Program-made: the position numbers and the translations under genes
The notes under the pieces: model-generated
Seen by the model: only the letters and a program-made list of their open reading frames with translations
Database searches by the model: none
What the model was told of the DNA's origin: nothing
Assembly: GCF_006345805.1 (NCBI RefSeq)
Contig: NW_021831985.1
Location: 186,001-250,000, forward strand
Length of the DNA: 64,000 nucleotides
Direction: 5' to 3'
Origin: Octopus sinensis
Lineage: Eukaryota
Part shown: positions 49,442-63,093 of the stretch, one piece after another
Layout: every line of letters begins with the position of its first letter
Position numbering within the stretch: the first letter of the stretch is position 1

Positions 49442-49662
49442 AGGCTGTGAGCTGGCAGAACCATTAGCATGCTGGGCGAAATGCATAGCCATATTTCGTC
49501 TGCCATTACATTCTGAGTTCAAATTCTGCCGAGGTCAACTTTGCCTTTCATCCTTTTGGGGTTGATAAATTAAGTACCAAATACGCACTGGGGTCCACTT
49601 AATCCGTTTGTCTGTCCTTGTTTGTCCTCTCTGTGTTTAGCCCCTGTGTGTAGTAAAGAAAT
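49442..49662 (+). mobile_element. SINE family 1 monomer with ~87-bp flanking direct repeat
   Basis: 49355-49441 repeated at 49663-49750 with a few mismatches. Confidence 0.85.
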
Positions 49663-49929
49663 AGATATGCAAGATAATAAGATGGAGTATGGTTGAGAAG
49701 AGAGATAGAGATATCAGAATGGAGATGTTCTATGAGAATATTGTAGGAAAGAAAAGGAGGACAACAAGAACAAGAGAAGGAACATTCAGTGAAGATAAGA
49801 GTGAGGTAACTAACTGGTTGAACAAAGGAAGGTGGGGACCAAAATGTGTGCCAATTCTGCTCTTAAGCAGTCTTTAGGGGAATGAGCTATAAGGGAAATT
49901 TTGATGGACCAGAGTATGTTAGTAGCCTC

Positions 49930-50160
49930 ACAGAATGCTTTCAGGATATCATTTTTGTTGTGATGGACGGGTCTTCTCAAGCCCAACAAATCAACAATCA
50001 TCTCAGTCATTTGTCATCTCTGTGGGGATCAACATCTTGAGACCCACCTTCACTGCTTTGTCCCATGTCTTCCTGAATTTCCCTCCTCCACAAGTTCCAT
50101 CCATTTTTAAACAACCAACACCTTTTTTTATGCTGCTCTTCTCATCCATATGATATGATA
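49930..50160 (-). mobile_element. RTE-clade LINE C-terminal remnant
   Basis: HMDEKSSIKK..MDGTCGGGKFRKTWDKAVK (cf. RTE G.RGRGRPRKTW). Confidence 0.65.
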
Positions 50161-50166
50161 TACATA

Positions 50167-51017
50167 CAGGGTCCAGCGAATAAACTGTCATCTAAATTAT
50201 GCTAAAATGAAAATAACACTGACATTGCATTTTAGCAGATATATTTACCAAAATTACATAAAAATGTCTTGAAATACTAAAGAGTAAATTTATTCAATAA
50301 AATTGCCATTGGCTTCAACCAAAGCTTTAGAATCTCCTACAACTCTTCTGGACAATCTCCTTGTTTAAGTTGGTGAATGCTGCCATAATCCTTGCCTTCA
50401 GTTCACCTTTGGTGTTACAAGGAGTTTTGCTAGTCTCTCATTCAACTACACCCAACACAATAATCAAATGGGCTGCAGTCTGGGGAGTTAGGTGGCCAGA
50501 TGTTAGGGATGACGTGGTCACAGAAATTTTCTGACAGCCATGTCTGGGTTCTCCTGCTTGTGTAGTATGGTGCACAGTCCTGTTGCCAGACATAGGGTAT
50601 TCCAGCAACCACCCTCTTGATTCAGGGCAGCACTACCTCTTCCAGGCACATGATGTAGGCCTCCATGTTGAGTCTGAGGCCATGTGAGAAGATGAACGGA
50701 GGTATAATGTCGCCATCACTAGTGATTACTTCAAACACCGTGATGTTGGCTGTTTGATTTTTATCACTCTTGCTACATGTCCGCAGATTGCACTATTCTC
50801 AGATTGACACCCAAACACTCTGAAATGTTCATATTGGAGCTTCCGTCATGAATACCAAGCAGTGCAGTATGTTGTTTCCAAATTTCTGGCAGAGTGAATT
50901 GCATCATGGTGTTGTTTTTCCCACATATGGTGCCTAACTGATTCTACTATACTGTGTAGTTATCAAAATTCAAAACAATATGCATGTGCGAAATTAAAAA
51001 TTTACCATTGCACCCTA
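50167..51017 (-). mobile_element. Second maT/DD37D-type element (deleted, decayed)
   Basis: TA|cagggtccagcg ... ttgcacccta|TA; reverse complement of the 43430-44377 family. Confidence 0.75.
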
Positions 51018-51179
51018 TATATATAGACACACTCACACACACACAAAGCATTTATATAAGTAAATATACACCCTTATAATCATTAAAATTTATTTAAATC
51101 TGATATTATACATTCAGCTTATTTATTAATTGTTACAATGTGAATATTTCATATTTAGTAGACATGTCCATTGCATTTA

Positions 51180-52130
51180 TATTGCAAGGGCTCTATTAGG
51201 CATATTACTGATAAGATGCCAAATATTCTCTTGTGGAATTCATTGTAGTATACTTCTTTCATTGCAGTATACTCAAAAGATCTGGCTTTGAAAATGCTTT
51301 CTTGATCTTTTTATGAAGTGCTCTGTCAATTATGTCCCAAAGGTGTTCAATAGGGTTCATATCTGGTGACTGGCTTGGCCATGGAAGCTTTTTAATGTCA
51401 TTCTCATCCAACAAATCTTGGGTCATTTTAGCTGTAATAAAGTATTCTCTAATCATTTCACCCCTGGAGAAGATTGGAAGGAGTCCTTTCTGCAGTATGG
51501 ACTTATATCTGAGTTTATGTTTCCCTCACATTCCACCAGCTCTGATCAACCATTGCTCTAAATTGCTCCCCAGACCATCACAGAATACCTGCCATGTTTC
51601 ATTGTTGGCTGCAACCTTTTCACATCAAATTCTTGATCACAGAGTCTCCAGACCCACACTCAACCACTGTCATGAAATACAGCAAATCTGGACTCATCAG
51701 AGAACATGACAGTGTCCCAAAATGCTAGTGGCCTCTCCACCATCTCACTGGCCCAATCTTTTCTCTGTTTGATGTTTGCTGGTTGAAAAAGTGGCACCCT
51801 TCTTGCTGCTCTGCAATAGTAACAAAGTTTGTGGAGATACCTGACAGCTGTTCTGAGACTGGCATCAACTTGTTCTGCTATGCCAGAGGTCTTGCATTGA
51901 GGATTATCCTCCACACTTCTCTTAGCAAAGAAGTCCTGTCAGAGGGCCCTGGATGATCTGGGTGAAGTGATTTCTACTCTTTCCCCTCTCTGGTGAATTG
52001 CACAATCACTCTATTAGCAGGATCCCAAGGTTTTCTGCAAATTTTCACTGACCATGTCCACCTTCAGAATGACCACAATACCACAATACAGTTGCTTTGA
52101 AATTCAGACAGTTCCAAGGCTTCTTTTGTA
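51180..52130 (-). pseudogene. Tc1-like transposase remnant (different family)
   Basis: FWDTVMFSDESRF; LPWPSQSPDMNPIEHLWD. Confidence 0.8.
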
Positions 52131-52344
52131 CATGGCATGATTAAACAATCACATATTGAACCTGAAACATGAAAATTTCAATTAATAAAAACATAAACCT
52201 TTACGTCATCATCATCATTTAACATCCATTTCCCATGCTGGCATGTGTTGGACCAATTGACTGAGAACTGGCAAGCCAGGAGGCTACAACGGGCTCCAAT
52301 CCTAATGCCAACCACTCTGAGAGTGTAGTGAGTGCTTCTTATGT

Positions 52345-52632
52345 GCCACCACTAAGTTACGGAGACATAAACACACCAGCATCGGTTGTCAAGCAATGTT
52401 GGGGGAACAAACACAGACACATAAACACATACACACATACATGCATATATATATATATATATACATATATATACAATGGGCTTTTTTCAGTGTCATCTAC
52501 CAAATCCACTCACGAGGCTTTGATCAGCCTGAGGCTATAGCAAAAGATACTAGTCGAAGGTGCCATACAGTGGGACTGAACCCGGAACCATGTGGTTGGC
52601 AAGCAAGTTACTTACCACACAGTCACTCCTGT
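52345..52632 (-). mobile_element. SINE family 2
   Basis: Reverse complement of the consensus, with internal (TA)n. Confidence 0.75.
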
Positions 52633-53754
52633 GATATATGTATATATCATAAACACAAGTTTATATCAGTTGCTCTCTCTCCATATGTTTCACCATTGTG
52701 GTTATTTGTATCCTCTGCAGTGGATGTTCTGAGTGAGTCACAAGTTCATGAGGTCAACACTATATTCCATTATGTTACACAGACCTGTAACTGAAAGATT
52801 GGCTGATGGCAAGAGGTTTTTATATGTCCAGAGGGAAATAAACAGTGAGCAAAACAAACAAAAGCAAGATTGAGAGAGTAAAAAAAAAAAACAAGAGAAA
52901 AAAAGACAAAACCAAGTGTGTACTTAAGAAAGAAAAATGTAGGAGTCAGAGTGAGAGGAAGAGAGAGAAAGTGAAAGACATAAAAAAGACCAAATATAAA
53001 GAAACAGACAATGCAAAGAAGGTGTGTTTTGTATGAGTTAGATTTAGGTGGGTGCAGCCAGGACATTAATAATAGAAATACAAAAAGGGTCATGACTTTA
53101 CGTTTGGTGGGAAATATATTAAGAGATAAACAGCTAACAACTAACAAATAAACATATATGGGTATCAGAACTTACACATAGGTCAATGTGTATATTTCTA
53201 TAGGGCTAAAGATAAAGATACATATGTGTGTGTGTGTGTGTGTAAATTATTAAGGTGGCTATTCACAATTTGGAACCAATTGGCAACAAGTACAGTTGTC
53301 ACTAAAGTGATACAGGGTGCTTGTAAGCACCAGCATTGCTAGAAATAAGAGTCAAAACAACTCTTAGCCACATGAGAGCACTTTTCTATCAGCTGACAAG
53401 GGAGACAGGCTCACTCCCTACGACAAACACACACACACGTGTGGGTGTGTGTGTTGACAAGTTAAGAAATAATTAAGATTTAGTTGAATTAGGGACTTAA
53501 GTTGAGGCACCAAGTCACTCCTGTTTGGTCGACACCGCTCGAAGTTAGGTGAATAAAAAGCTAATAAGTAACAAAGATGTCCAGGTATCACTGCATTACA
53601 GCTGTTTCATAATAGTGGTTATGTAGGAATCCAAAACAATAAAACTGATATAAACAGTAATACCACAAGATATAATAACTCAAGCATTATTGATACAACA
53701 CCTGATAATACTACAACAAATTTGAGTGATACTATTGTGATAGAATTAATACTA

Positions 53755-53775
53755 TTATTATTATTATTATTATTA

Positions 53776-53873
<98 letters not shown>
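53755..53873. repeat. (TTA)n microsatellite, ~39 units
   Basis: Directly visible. Confidence 0.95.
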
Positions 53874-54426
53874 GAGTGAGAGAGCAGTGCATGCCATCAA
53901 AGTGACACTGGGGTAAAATATACGAAGCCCAGTATACCCATCATGACTACCCGTCTGATAAGGGTACACTAGCACATGCATCACAACCATATGTGCGTGG
54001 CATAGTGATCTCATATCAGGATAAACAGCACATGACCTTGCAGGTGGGACCCAGTTAGAATTTTCTTCTGATCGAGTAACCCATCCCGCTCAAATGGTCC
54101 CTAAATAAGGATTGTTTAAGGATGTTGAACGAAACACCCATGTTTCCAAAGGTGAATTATCCAAACGTCCAAGAATTCCTTTAAACACATGGATATGATG
54201 CTCCCCCACTACTTCTGTTCATGATCAGAGATGCACATATTGTCAGCTACTAAAGGACATGGTCAACTGGTCATGGTCAAGCAACTGACAAGCAAATCTG
54301 TGGTATTGAGCAGAATATTTGCTGTAGCCCATCTTTTATACTAAGACAAAGCAATGTACATGATAACACTTCCAATCAGTTAAGATCAGAAACCATGAGA
54401 GCTACTGCCTGGTACTGCATCAGGGC

Positions 54427-54475
<49 letters not shown>

Positions 54476-55047
54476 TAATAATAATAATAAAATGCCCTGA
54501 TGCAGTACCAGGTAGTGGCTCTCGTGGCTTCTGATCTCAACTGATTGGAAATATTATTCTGTACATTGTTTTGTCTTGGTATAAAAGATGGGCTATAGAA
54601 GATATTCTGCTCAGTATCACAGATTTGCTTGTCAGTTGTTTGACCTTAACCAGTTGAGCATGTCCCTTAGTGGCTGACGATATGTGCATCTCTGAGCATG
54701 AGCAGAAGTAGTGGGGGAGCATCATAGCCATGTGTTGAGAGGAATTCTTTGCAGTTTGGATAATTCGCATTTGGAAACATGGGTGTTTCATTTAACATCC
54801 TTCAATAATCCTAATTCAGGGATCTTTTGAGCAGGATGGGCTACTTGATCTGAAGAAAATTTTAACTGGGCCCCACTTGCAAGGTCATGCACTGTTTATC
54901 TTGATATGAGATCACCATGACGTGCACATATAGTTGTGATGCATGTCACTGGTGTACCCTTATCAGATGGGTAATCATGATGGGTATACTGAGCTTTGTA
55001 TATTTTACCCCAATGTCACTTTGATGGCATGCACTGCTCTCTCACTC
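53874..55047. repeat. Tail-to-tail inverted pair of an unclassified ~555-bp element separated by ~65 nt of (AAT)n
   Basis: 53874-54427 aligns along its length with the reverse complement of 54493-55047. Confidence 0.9.
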
Positions 55048-55059
55048 AATAATAATAGC

Positions 55060-55430
55060 AATAATATCCCCAGCTGCAATTGTAGGGTAATATCCCAATG
55101 CCCATTATTAGGTCGTTGTTTAACTCAAAATGTTGTTTACTAATGTGCAGTAATGACTGAAGCATCAGGTGCTTGATAAATATGAAGAAGTGCGTTAATA
55201 ACCATTTTTCATCTTTTAGACTTAGACATAAAACCAACAGTACATCATTATCTAGTAAAATCTGGGAACTTAAGGATAGCAATAGTAAATTTAGCCTTAA
55301 ATGGGATATAGAACATGGCTAATCAATATGGATGCGAACTATGTTGTATGGAAACTTATGAAATTTTTAAGTATAGAGATAAGAATAATCTAATTAATTA
55401 TAGATTAGACCTTTGAGTATCTTGTGCACA
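55060..55430 (+). mobile_element. Penelope-like element GIY-YIG endonuclease C-terminal remnant
   Basis: SCNCRVISQCPLLGRCLTQNVVY and NNHFSSFRLRHKTNSTSLSSKIWELKDSNSKFSLKWDI match the Penelope CNC...CPL.G.CL..NV+Y and NH..SF....K.NST.LS..IW.LK motifs. Confidence 0.8.
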
Positions 55431-56185
55431 TAGGATCACCCATACCTTCAAATACTTTAGAAACAATATTATACATATCATACTATGATTTGGTGGCAGA
55501 ATTATCTGGGGTGTCATATCTTTTGTATGGAATTATACATAATGTTGCCCTCTTATAACCCCTACCTGTTTAATTTGCATTCCTACTATACTTAGATTAC
55601 ACTATTTCCCCATTGGTTCTAAGACTTTCTTCCCTATCAGTCATAATATGTGTGTTTACATTGGATTACCAGATTTTACGCCTCCCTTAAGTATATTATA
55701 TGCCTCCTGTGAACTGTTATGATTTTACACTCATCTGTGCCTGTAATAATATATCTTACAATTATTTTATAAAATCATTTTCAATGGTAACTTTATCTTA
55801 TTTTATATATCTATTTAATTACCTTTCGTTAAGAATACCTTGACTTATCCTTATTTTTTATCTTCTATCTCTCTTTATATCCGGTATACATTTTATGGCA
55901 TCTGCAAGGTAAAATTTTTATCTTTATTTTTACTTTTTCATTTTATAAATTCTTTATTGGAATTTTATACAAAATTTTTTCCTTTTATTCATTTTTATTT
56001 TATTTTATTTTATTTATTCTTGTATCTTATATTACATTATTGTATTTTATATATCTATATACCCTCATATATACCGGTGTAATTTCTAAGGATTGAGAAA
56101 GGGTTTGTAACTTCTCTCCATAATAATCGTGGTATAATATAATACAATATGGTATTTATATTTATTTATTTATATTTATATTTTA

Positions 56186-58450
56186 CTAGCAGTTAAGCCC
56201 GGTTTCACCTGGTCTGTTTGGATGATGTGGCTGTGATCATCTTCGGTTAGGCATAATCTATAATGGTTTTTCTCAACCTTATCATTTCGGGTCCCCTGTT
56301 TCGAGTGGAGCCTTCAGCTGTATGAAAATTTCTTCCCCCACCACTGTCAAAAAACAGCTTCAGGAGTTGTGAAGAACGAATTTGTACGTAGTCTGTTTCT
56401 GAGAGCTTTTCTATTGGACCTCTGTCTAATCATTAAAACATTGATTTAATTATGAACATAGAAAGAAATTATACATTCATCCCTATTTTTGTAAGCAGTT
56501 GTATCCGTAAAAATTTCGTTTGCAGACAGCAGAAATTGAAAGAAGATATATAAAATGGACGTGTGTGTGTATGTGTGTGTGTGTGTATCTGTGTGTGCGT
56601 GCTTGTGCGTGTGTATGTGAGAGAGAAAGAGGGTGAAAAAGAGAGATAGAGTGAGTGAGTGAAGGTGTGTCATTGAGTTACATTGGCTGACACGGTGACT
56701 ATGAAGCTTTTGAGACAACAGATGACTGGGGTGATTTGAAAGATGTGAAGAAATGCCATCTTTTCAGTGGAGCACTTCTTTGTAGGCAACGTTTCTCATT
56801 CTCCCTTCTGAATTACAAATGTATAGACTTTGTGGCCTGCCAAAAAAGGAGCATCCAACGTAAAGTTGACCGTGGGAGAACACTTGTTCTGTGAAATTTA
56901 AACCAACCATTTGCAATGATTGACCCTGTGCCTTATTTATTGTCATTGCAAAGGAGAGTTTAATAGGAAATTGAAGCTGCTTAAACTTGTAGATCATATC
57001 GGAGGGAGTGAAGGACAGTGGAGTTATAAGAACATCTTGACCAGCAGCCGGTCCATTCAAGATGGTTGCCTGCAGAACTCGGGAGTATAATTTTTTGATT
57101 ATCATCCGTGTGCCTTTACACATTATTGGAGCATCCAAATTCCACAGCAGCATGAAGGGTGCGTCAACCTTAAGATGGAGTTTGTGAGGTGGAAGTCTTG
57201 CAGGCATTTGGGAATTAAGGAATTCAGTTGTGAAAACAGTCATATCATCTGGGTTATCATGCATGTCAACGGACTTGAAGGAGAGTTTTTCTCCAGGAAG
57301 CAGATTGAGAAGTTTATTATTGATAGCGGTGACTGTTTTATTGTGAGGCGCCAAAATTGCTCTTCCTTGTAGGCAAGTTGTGTCAAGTCTTTGGTTTGCA
57401 ATGTCAGGAAAAACTGAAGAAACCAAATCATCCACGGTAGGTACAAAGTTACCAAATGGTAAATGAATGAAACCATCAGTATCGCCAGCTGCAGTTCCAT
57501 TACCAACATTGAGAAGCTGCACTGAGAATGTGGCCGTGTTTTCATCGCCATGCATCTGAACTCTCATGTTCGTAGTCAGGTGAAGTTTCTCGATGTGGTG
57601 CCATAAGTAGGATGATTTTATGGAAGCATTTACCTCGTCAGCTCTTGTTCCTCGTGGAATGACAGGTAGAGTTTGTCGGAAGTCGCCAGCAAGCAGAACA
57701 GTCACTCGACCCATCATTCTCATATTGCGTCTCAGGTCTTGAAGAGACCGATCGAGCACCTCAGAAGCCGCCTTATGACTCATGGTTGCCTTATCCCAAA
57801 TGATAAGGCGGCACTCAGTGAGAAGATTTCCCATGGCTGAGCCATGACTAACATTGCAATTTGGATTTTCCTGTTAGGTCAAGTCTAGTGGTAATTTGAA
57901 GGCTGGGTGTGCTGTATGACCGCCATGCAGTAGAGTTGCCACAATGCCGCTGGATGCAACTGCTATGGCAATCCAATTTTCCTGGCAAATTTTGGTGAGC
58001 AGGAGGTTCATGAAAAAGGTTTTTCTGATTCTGCTGGGAGCATCCAAGAAAGTAGAAATTGAAAGAAGATATATGAAATGGACGTGTGTGTGTGAGTTTT
58101 CCCGGCTAATTTGGCTAGAGTTTTGCAGTCAGCACGAGGTGGTTTGTGTTTATCTCTCAAGTCGAATTGTTGTTAATTTGTCTGCAATAGCAATGCCCGG
58201 ACAAGTGAAAATATCTTCATTTTTTACTCCTTTACCTGCAGTAAAAGGACTCAGGAGCCCTTCTCCATAAAAAATTGTTACTTTTCAGTAACTAAGGGGA
58301 CTAGGAAAAAATACAAACTGCATTCCAATCTATGTACCCGTCTCCATATGTGTGCCATTTTTCACACAAATCCACCCAGCCGTTTGGCTGTAAACCTCAA
58401 GACAAGAAAGAATACAACGAATGCCCATGTCCAATTTATATTATAGAAGA
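56186..58450 (-). mobile_element. Helitron, non-autonomous, 2.27 kb
   Basis: A|TC 5' end at 58450; 3' CTAG|T at 56189-56186 preceded by GC hairpin gacc(a)ggtgaaaccgggc (56197-56214); internal PIF1-type helicase. Confidence 0.85.
56764..58050 (-). pseudogene. Helitron PIF1-family (SF1B) helicase fragment
   Basis: FLDAP..RKTF (degenerate Walker A), LIIWDKATM, LLAGDFRQTLPV, LTTNMRV, QFPIKLSFAMTINKAQGQSL, FSHGQLYV; no Rep domain, upstream stop. Confidence 0.9.
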
Positions 58451-58469
58451 TAATTGCACTATATATTTC

Positions 58470-58509
<40 letters not shown>

Positions 58510-58982
58510 TATTTTTATGCAAATATATGTGGTATTTTTATACCTTTCTATATCCTTTTAAATTTTTTCATAATATTGGTAATTTTTATATGAATATATT
58601 TTTTCTAAAGTTTTTAAATAATTTTACCTGATATAGAAATATTTATCTTCTATTTTTAGCCCTTAATCTATGGTTTTGATTCAGTAAGAAATGTGTACTC
58701 CTACTTAGATGATATCTGAATTTAATTATAGGTTCATTATTGAATAATTTTAGCATGAATACCTTAGCAGTATGCTAGGAAGAAACATTATGAGGTTTCT
58801 AATATATATAAAAGTCCCTCACTTTTATGGCTTAGGTTGATTTATCTATCCTTCTTCTCTTACTAGGTTCTTAAATCCTTTTTAAAATTTTAATTTTTTA
58901 ATACATAAATTTTGCAAAGTTTGGATACACATCTTTTCCCATTCTTTAAATTCCCACACTTAGATCTTATTGTGACCTCTTT

Positions 58983-59217
58983 CTTCTTTTTCTTTACTAC
59001 CCACAAGGGGCTAAACACAGAGAGGACAAACAAGGACATACAAACAGATTAAGTCGATTATATTGACCCCCAGTGTGTAACTGGTACTTATTTAATCAAC
59101 CTTGAAAGGATGAAAGGCAAAGTCGACCTCAGCAGAATTTGAACTCAGAACGTAGCAGGAGATGAAATTCCGCTAAGCATTCCGCCTGGCGTGCTAACGT
59201 TTCTGCCAACTTGCCGC
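58983..59217 (-). mobile_element. SINE family 1 monomer with 17-bp TSD
   Basis: cttattgtgacctcttt at 58966 and 59218. Confidence 0.85.
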
Positions 59218-59917
59218 CTTATTGTGACCTCTTTTGTTTTCAACTTTAGGCCCCTTTTATTTTATAATCATAATATGTTAAGTCACTGCCATCTTTCCTC
59301 TTTCTGGTTATCACCTCTTCTCTATATATTATGTTACTAGCAACGTCTGAGACATATTCTTTTATGTAGAACTGGTTGCTTTTATGGTTCCTGTAAAATA
59401 GGGGTAGGGGTGAGTATCTGACATTAATTAATTTATCACCACCAACAAAAACTTAACTGTCAATTTCCAATGGGTTTAATTCCAAGGAGTTTAGACTACA
59501 TGCTGCTTTGAGTCTTTTGAAAAATGATAAGGATAAAGATGAACGTAGCTATATCAGCATTCCTCTATCTTGACACCCATTATTTTCTTCTGCCACTCTT
59601 AATTAAAGTAAGCTTTAAGTATTTTTTTCCTTAAATTCATTCTGCCACCAAAATGGCAAAGAGAAGCAATGTAATTATTTTAGTCTTTAGTGCTGATGAA
59701 AAATTTGCTAAAAAATTGTAATGGAGTATCCTGTATGTTGGAAATCTATATAGTCGTCTGCACCCAAGGAGAGAGGTTTATTTCAAATTGATGTAATATT
59801 TTCATTCATCGATTAAATAGAGCTGCTTGAAAGAGGCATAATGTACTGATACCTGGACACCCTTGTTACTTAATTGATATATATATATATGTATGTGTGT
59901 GTGTGTGTGTGTGTATA

Positions 59918-59985
<68 letters not shown>

Positions 59986-60055
59986 ATATATGTATGTATG
60001 TATGTATATATATATATATATATAATATATGTATGTATATATATATATATATATA

Positions 60056-60680
60056 TCATCATCATCATCATCATTTAGCATCTGATTTCCATGCTAGCAT
60101 GGGTTGGACAGTTCAACTGGGGTCTGGGAAGCCAGAAGGCTGCACCAAGCCCAGTCTGATCTGGCAATGTTTCTACGGCTGGATGCCCTTCCTAATGCCA
60201 ACCACTCCGTGAGTGTAGTGGGTGCTTTTACATGCCACTGGCACAGGTGTCAGACGAGGCTGGCAAACGGCCATGATTGGCTGGTGCTTTTTACGTGCCA
60301 ACGGCACGGGGGGGCCAGGCGAGGCTGGCAACGGCCACGATTGGATGGTGCTTTTTACATGCCACCGGCACGAGGCCAGTCAGAGTGGTGCTGGCAACGG
60401 CCACGTTCGGATGGTTCTCTTACGTAATATTGGCACTGGTATCACAGCTGCAATTTCCATTGATGTTGATCAATTTCGATTTTGATTTTGATTTTCACTT
60501 GCCTCAACAGGTCTTCACAAGTAGAGTTTTGTGTCCCAAGAAGGAAAGGTATACATAAGTGAACTGGCTACATCCCAGGTAGAGAAAGGTATACATAAGT
60601 GGACTGGCTACATCCCAGGGTCTTCCCACGCACAGCATACTTCCAAAGGTCTCGGTCTCTAGTCATTTCCTCAGTGAGAC
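60056..60680 (-). mobile_element. RTE-type LINE 3' region with ~63-bp tandem repeats (60221-60445)
   Basis: (CAT)n tail, gctagcatgggttggac, 3.5 copies of ggtgctttttac(a/g)tgcca..ggcaacggccacg. Confidence 0.55.
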
Positions 60681-61713
60681 CTAAAGGTGAGACCTCGTCC
60701 CAGGTTTTCCTGTCCATCTATATATGTAAAAGTTCTAAAATCTTCACAGCCTTGGTTTTTATCTTATTCTAAAAAAGAATTGTGTGTGTGTATGTGCGTG
60801 AGTGTGTATGTGTGTGTGTGTGTATGTGTGTTTATGTGTGTGTGTGTGGTGTGTGTGTGTGTGCGTGTGTGTGTGCGTGTGTGTGTGTGTATACAGTAAT
60901 ACCTCACTTTAGGAGGATCTGCTTTACGAGATCCTGGGCTTACAAGCTTTATTTTTCAAACACATGATCCAAATTTTGAATAAAGTGCAAAAGTTTCTAC
61001 TACCATAACAAATACTTCTGCATGTTACTGAGAAATTTATAGAGAGTGAAAAGAAGCTTCTTCTCAGCAAACAACTCTAGACTTGTTTTTTAAAAAGATG
61101 TCTACAAGTCTGTTTATGAGTGCTTGTGAATCAGTAATTGTGGTTGGGAAGCAAGCTTCTTACCACACAGCCATGCCTGTGCCTGTATGTATATATATAT
61201 GGTAAATTTTTTGCATCCACCCTGTAGTAATAATGAGAAGATGAGATAAAGTTTGCATCCACATAATCCTTCCTTCTTCTCTATGGTGGTAGACAAGTTT
61301 TAAATGTTTTAAATCATCTTTAAAAAATAACCATTTAAGCACCATTTAAGCTTTCAGCCCAAAACACTCATTAGTCTTTACTCTTTTACTTGTTTAAGTC
61401 ATGTGGTCAGCCCGAGGCTATAGTAGAAGATACTTGCGCAAGGTGCCACACAGTGGGACTGAACCCGGAACCATGTGGTTGGTAAGCAAGCTACTTACCA
61501 CACATAAACACACACACACATGCACATGTTGTCAGTTAACTTTTGAGCACTACTTGCAATATCTAACTCAATAGAACCGCTTGTATGGACATACAATCTA
61601 TTGCATATAAGCAAACATGCATCCATGAATATGTGCGTACATTTTATTGTGTATATATGTTGTTGTTTTTTTTTGTGCATGTGTTTATGTGTGTGCTTGT
61701 GTGCGTTTGCGTG

Positions 61714-61758
<45 letters not shown>

Positions 61759-62193
61759 TATATATATTATATATATATATATATGTCAGGTTGCCTGTTA
61801 GTGGTATTGGTAACACATAACTGTGTACAACCTGTTGCATTGTCGAAGTGTCAACAACTAAGCTAGCAAACCCCCACCAGGTTTGCTTGGAAAGGAGCAT
61901 GAGTTTGCTTGCCCTGCAGGATGCAGTATTATCTCTACATTCATACATATACATATATATATATCATCACCATCACCATCATCATCATCACCATCATCGT
62001 CACCGTCGTCGCCATCATCATCATCATCATCATCCTCATCATCGTCACCGTCATCATCATCATCATCAACATCATCATTCAACATCTACTTATCATGCTG
62101 GCAGGGACTACATAGTTTGATAGGATCACTAAGCTCAGATGCCAGCTTTGTTACATACATACATACATACATACATACATGCATACTTATATA

Positions 62194-62288
<95 letters not shown>

Positions 62289-62353
62289 TTTATATACATA
62301 TACATATATATATATACATATACATATATATATATATACATATACATGTATAT

Positions 62354-62386
<33 letters not shown>

Positions 62387-62491
62387 CATATATATATATA
62401 TAATATATATATATACATATGTTAAATAAAATGAGACAACAAAACCGAAGCTGTGTGGAATTTTCATGGAACATTTATAAAGAGAAAGTTA

Positions 62492-62539
62492 GTCTTACAG
62501 CTGTTTCTGAGATATTAAGGATATCCCTTCATCAGAGAC
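62492..62539 (-). ncRNA. Minimal type I hammerhead ribozyme motif
   Basis: gtct-CTGATGA-a-gggatat-cctta-atatctc-a-GAAA-c-agct-GTA-agac: canonical core, stems I and II, palindromic CAGCTG helix III. Confidence 0.65.
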
Positions 62540-62818
62540 GATGAAAATTATATGAAGAAGAAAATTATATGAGTTCAATATAAGGAGTTATTTTGGAAAA
62601 ATGATGGAAATAAGAAGTATAAAGGGAAATAAGAGAATAAAAGCAAAAATAAAAAAATATATTTAGTATGTTATAGTTGCAGTTCCATATCCAAGGAAAG
62701 TGGTGTGTATAGAAGTGCTAGAAATGCCCCTTGTCCATGGTATGTAAATTCTGATAGGAGTTCATATTTTGTCATTACAAATGGAAAATGTGGAGATGTA
62801 GATACAACTATAACATCT

Positions 62819-62850
<32 letters not shown>

Positions 62851-63045
62851 CAACTATATATATATATATAACAGCTTATATATATATATATATTATATAT
62901 ATATAACAATTATATATATATATACATATATTTTAATTCTTACTTTTATTCTCTCATTTCCCTTTATATTTCTTATTTCCATCCTTTTCAAAATAACTTC
63001 TTATATTGAACTCAAATATTTCCCTCTATTTAACCATCTCACTTC

Positions 63046-63093
63046 GTCTCTGATGAAGGATTATCCCTAATATCTCAGAAACAACTGTAAGAC
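63046..63093 (+). ncRNA. Minimal type I hammerhead ribozyme motif (second copy, stem II decayed)
   Basis: gtct-CTGATGA-aggattatccctaatatctca-GAAA-c-aact-GTA-agac. Confidence 0.55.

Noticed and set aside
53619-54014. Poly-Asn and poly-Leu ORFs
   Set aside because: Translation of a (TTA)n microsatellite.
56764-57834. Host PIF1 helicase gene
   Set aside because: Intronless, truncated, with degenerate motifs, and enclosed by Helitron TC/CTAG termini and hairpin.
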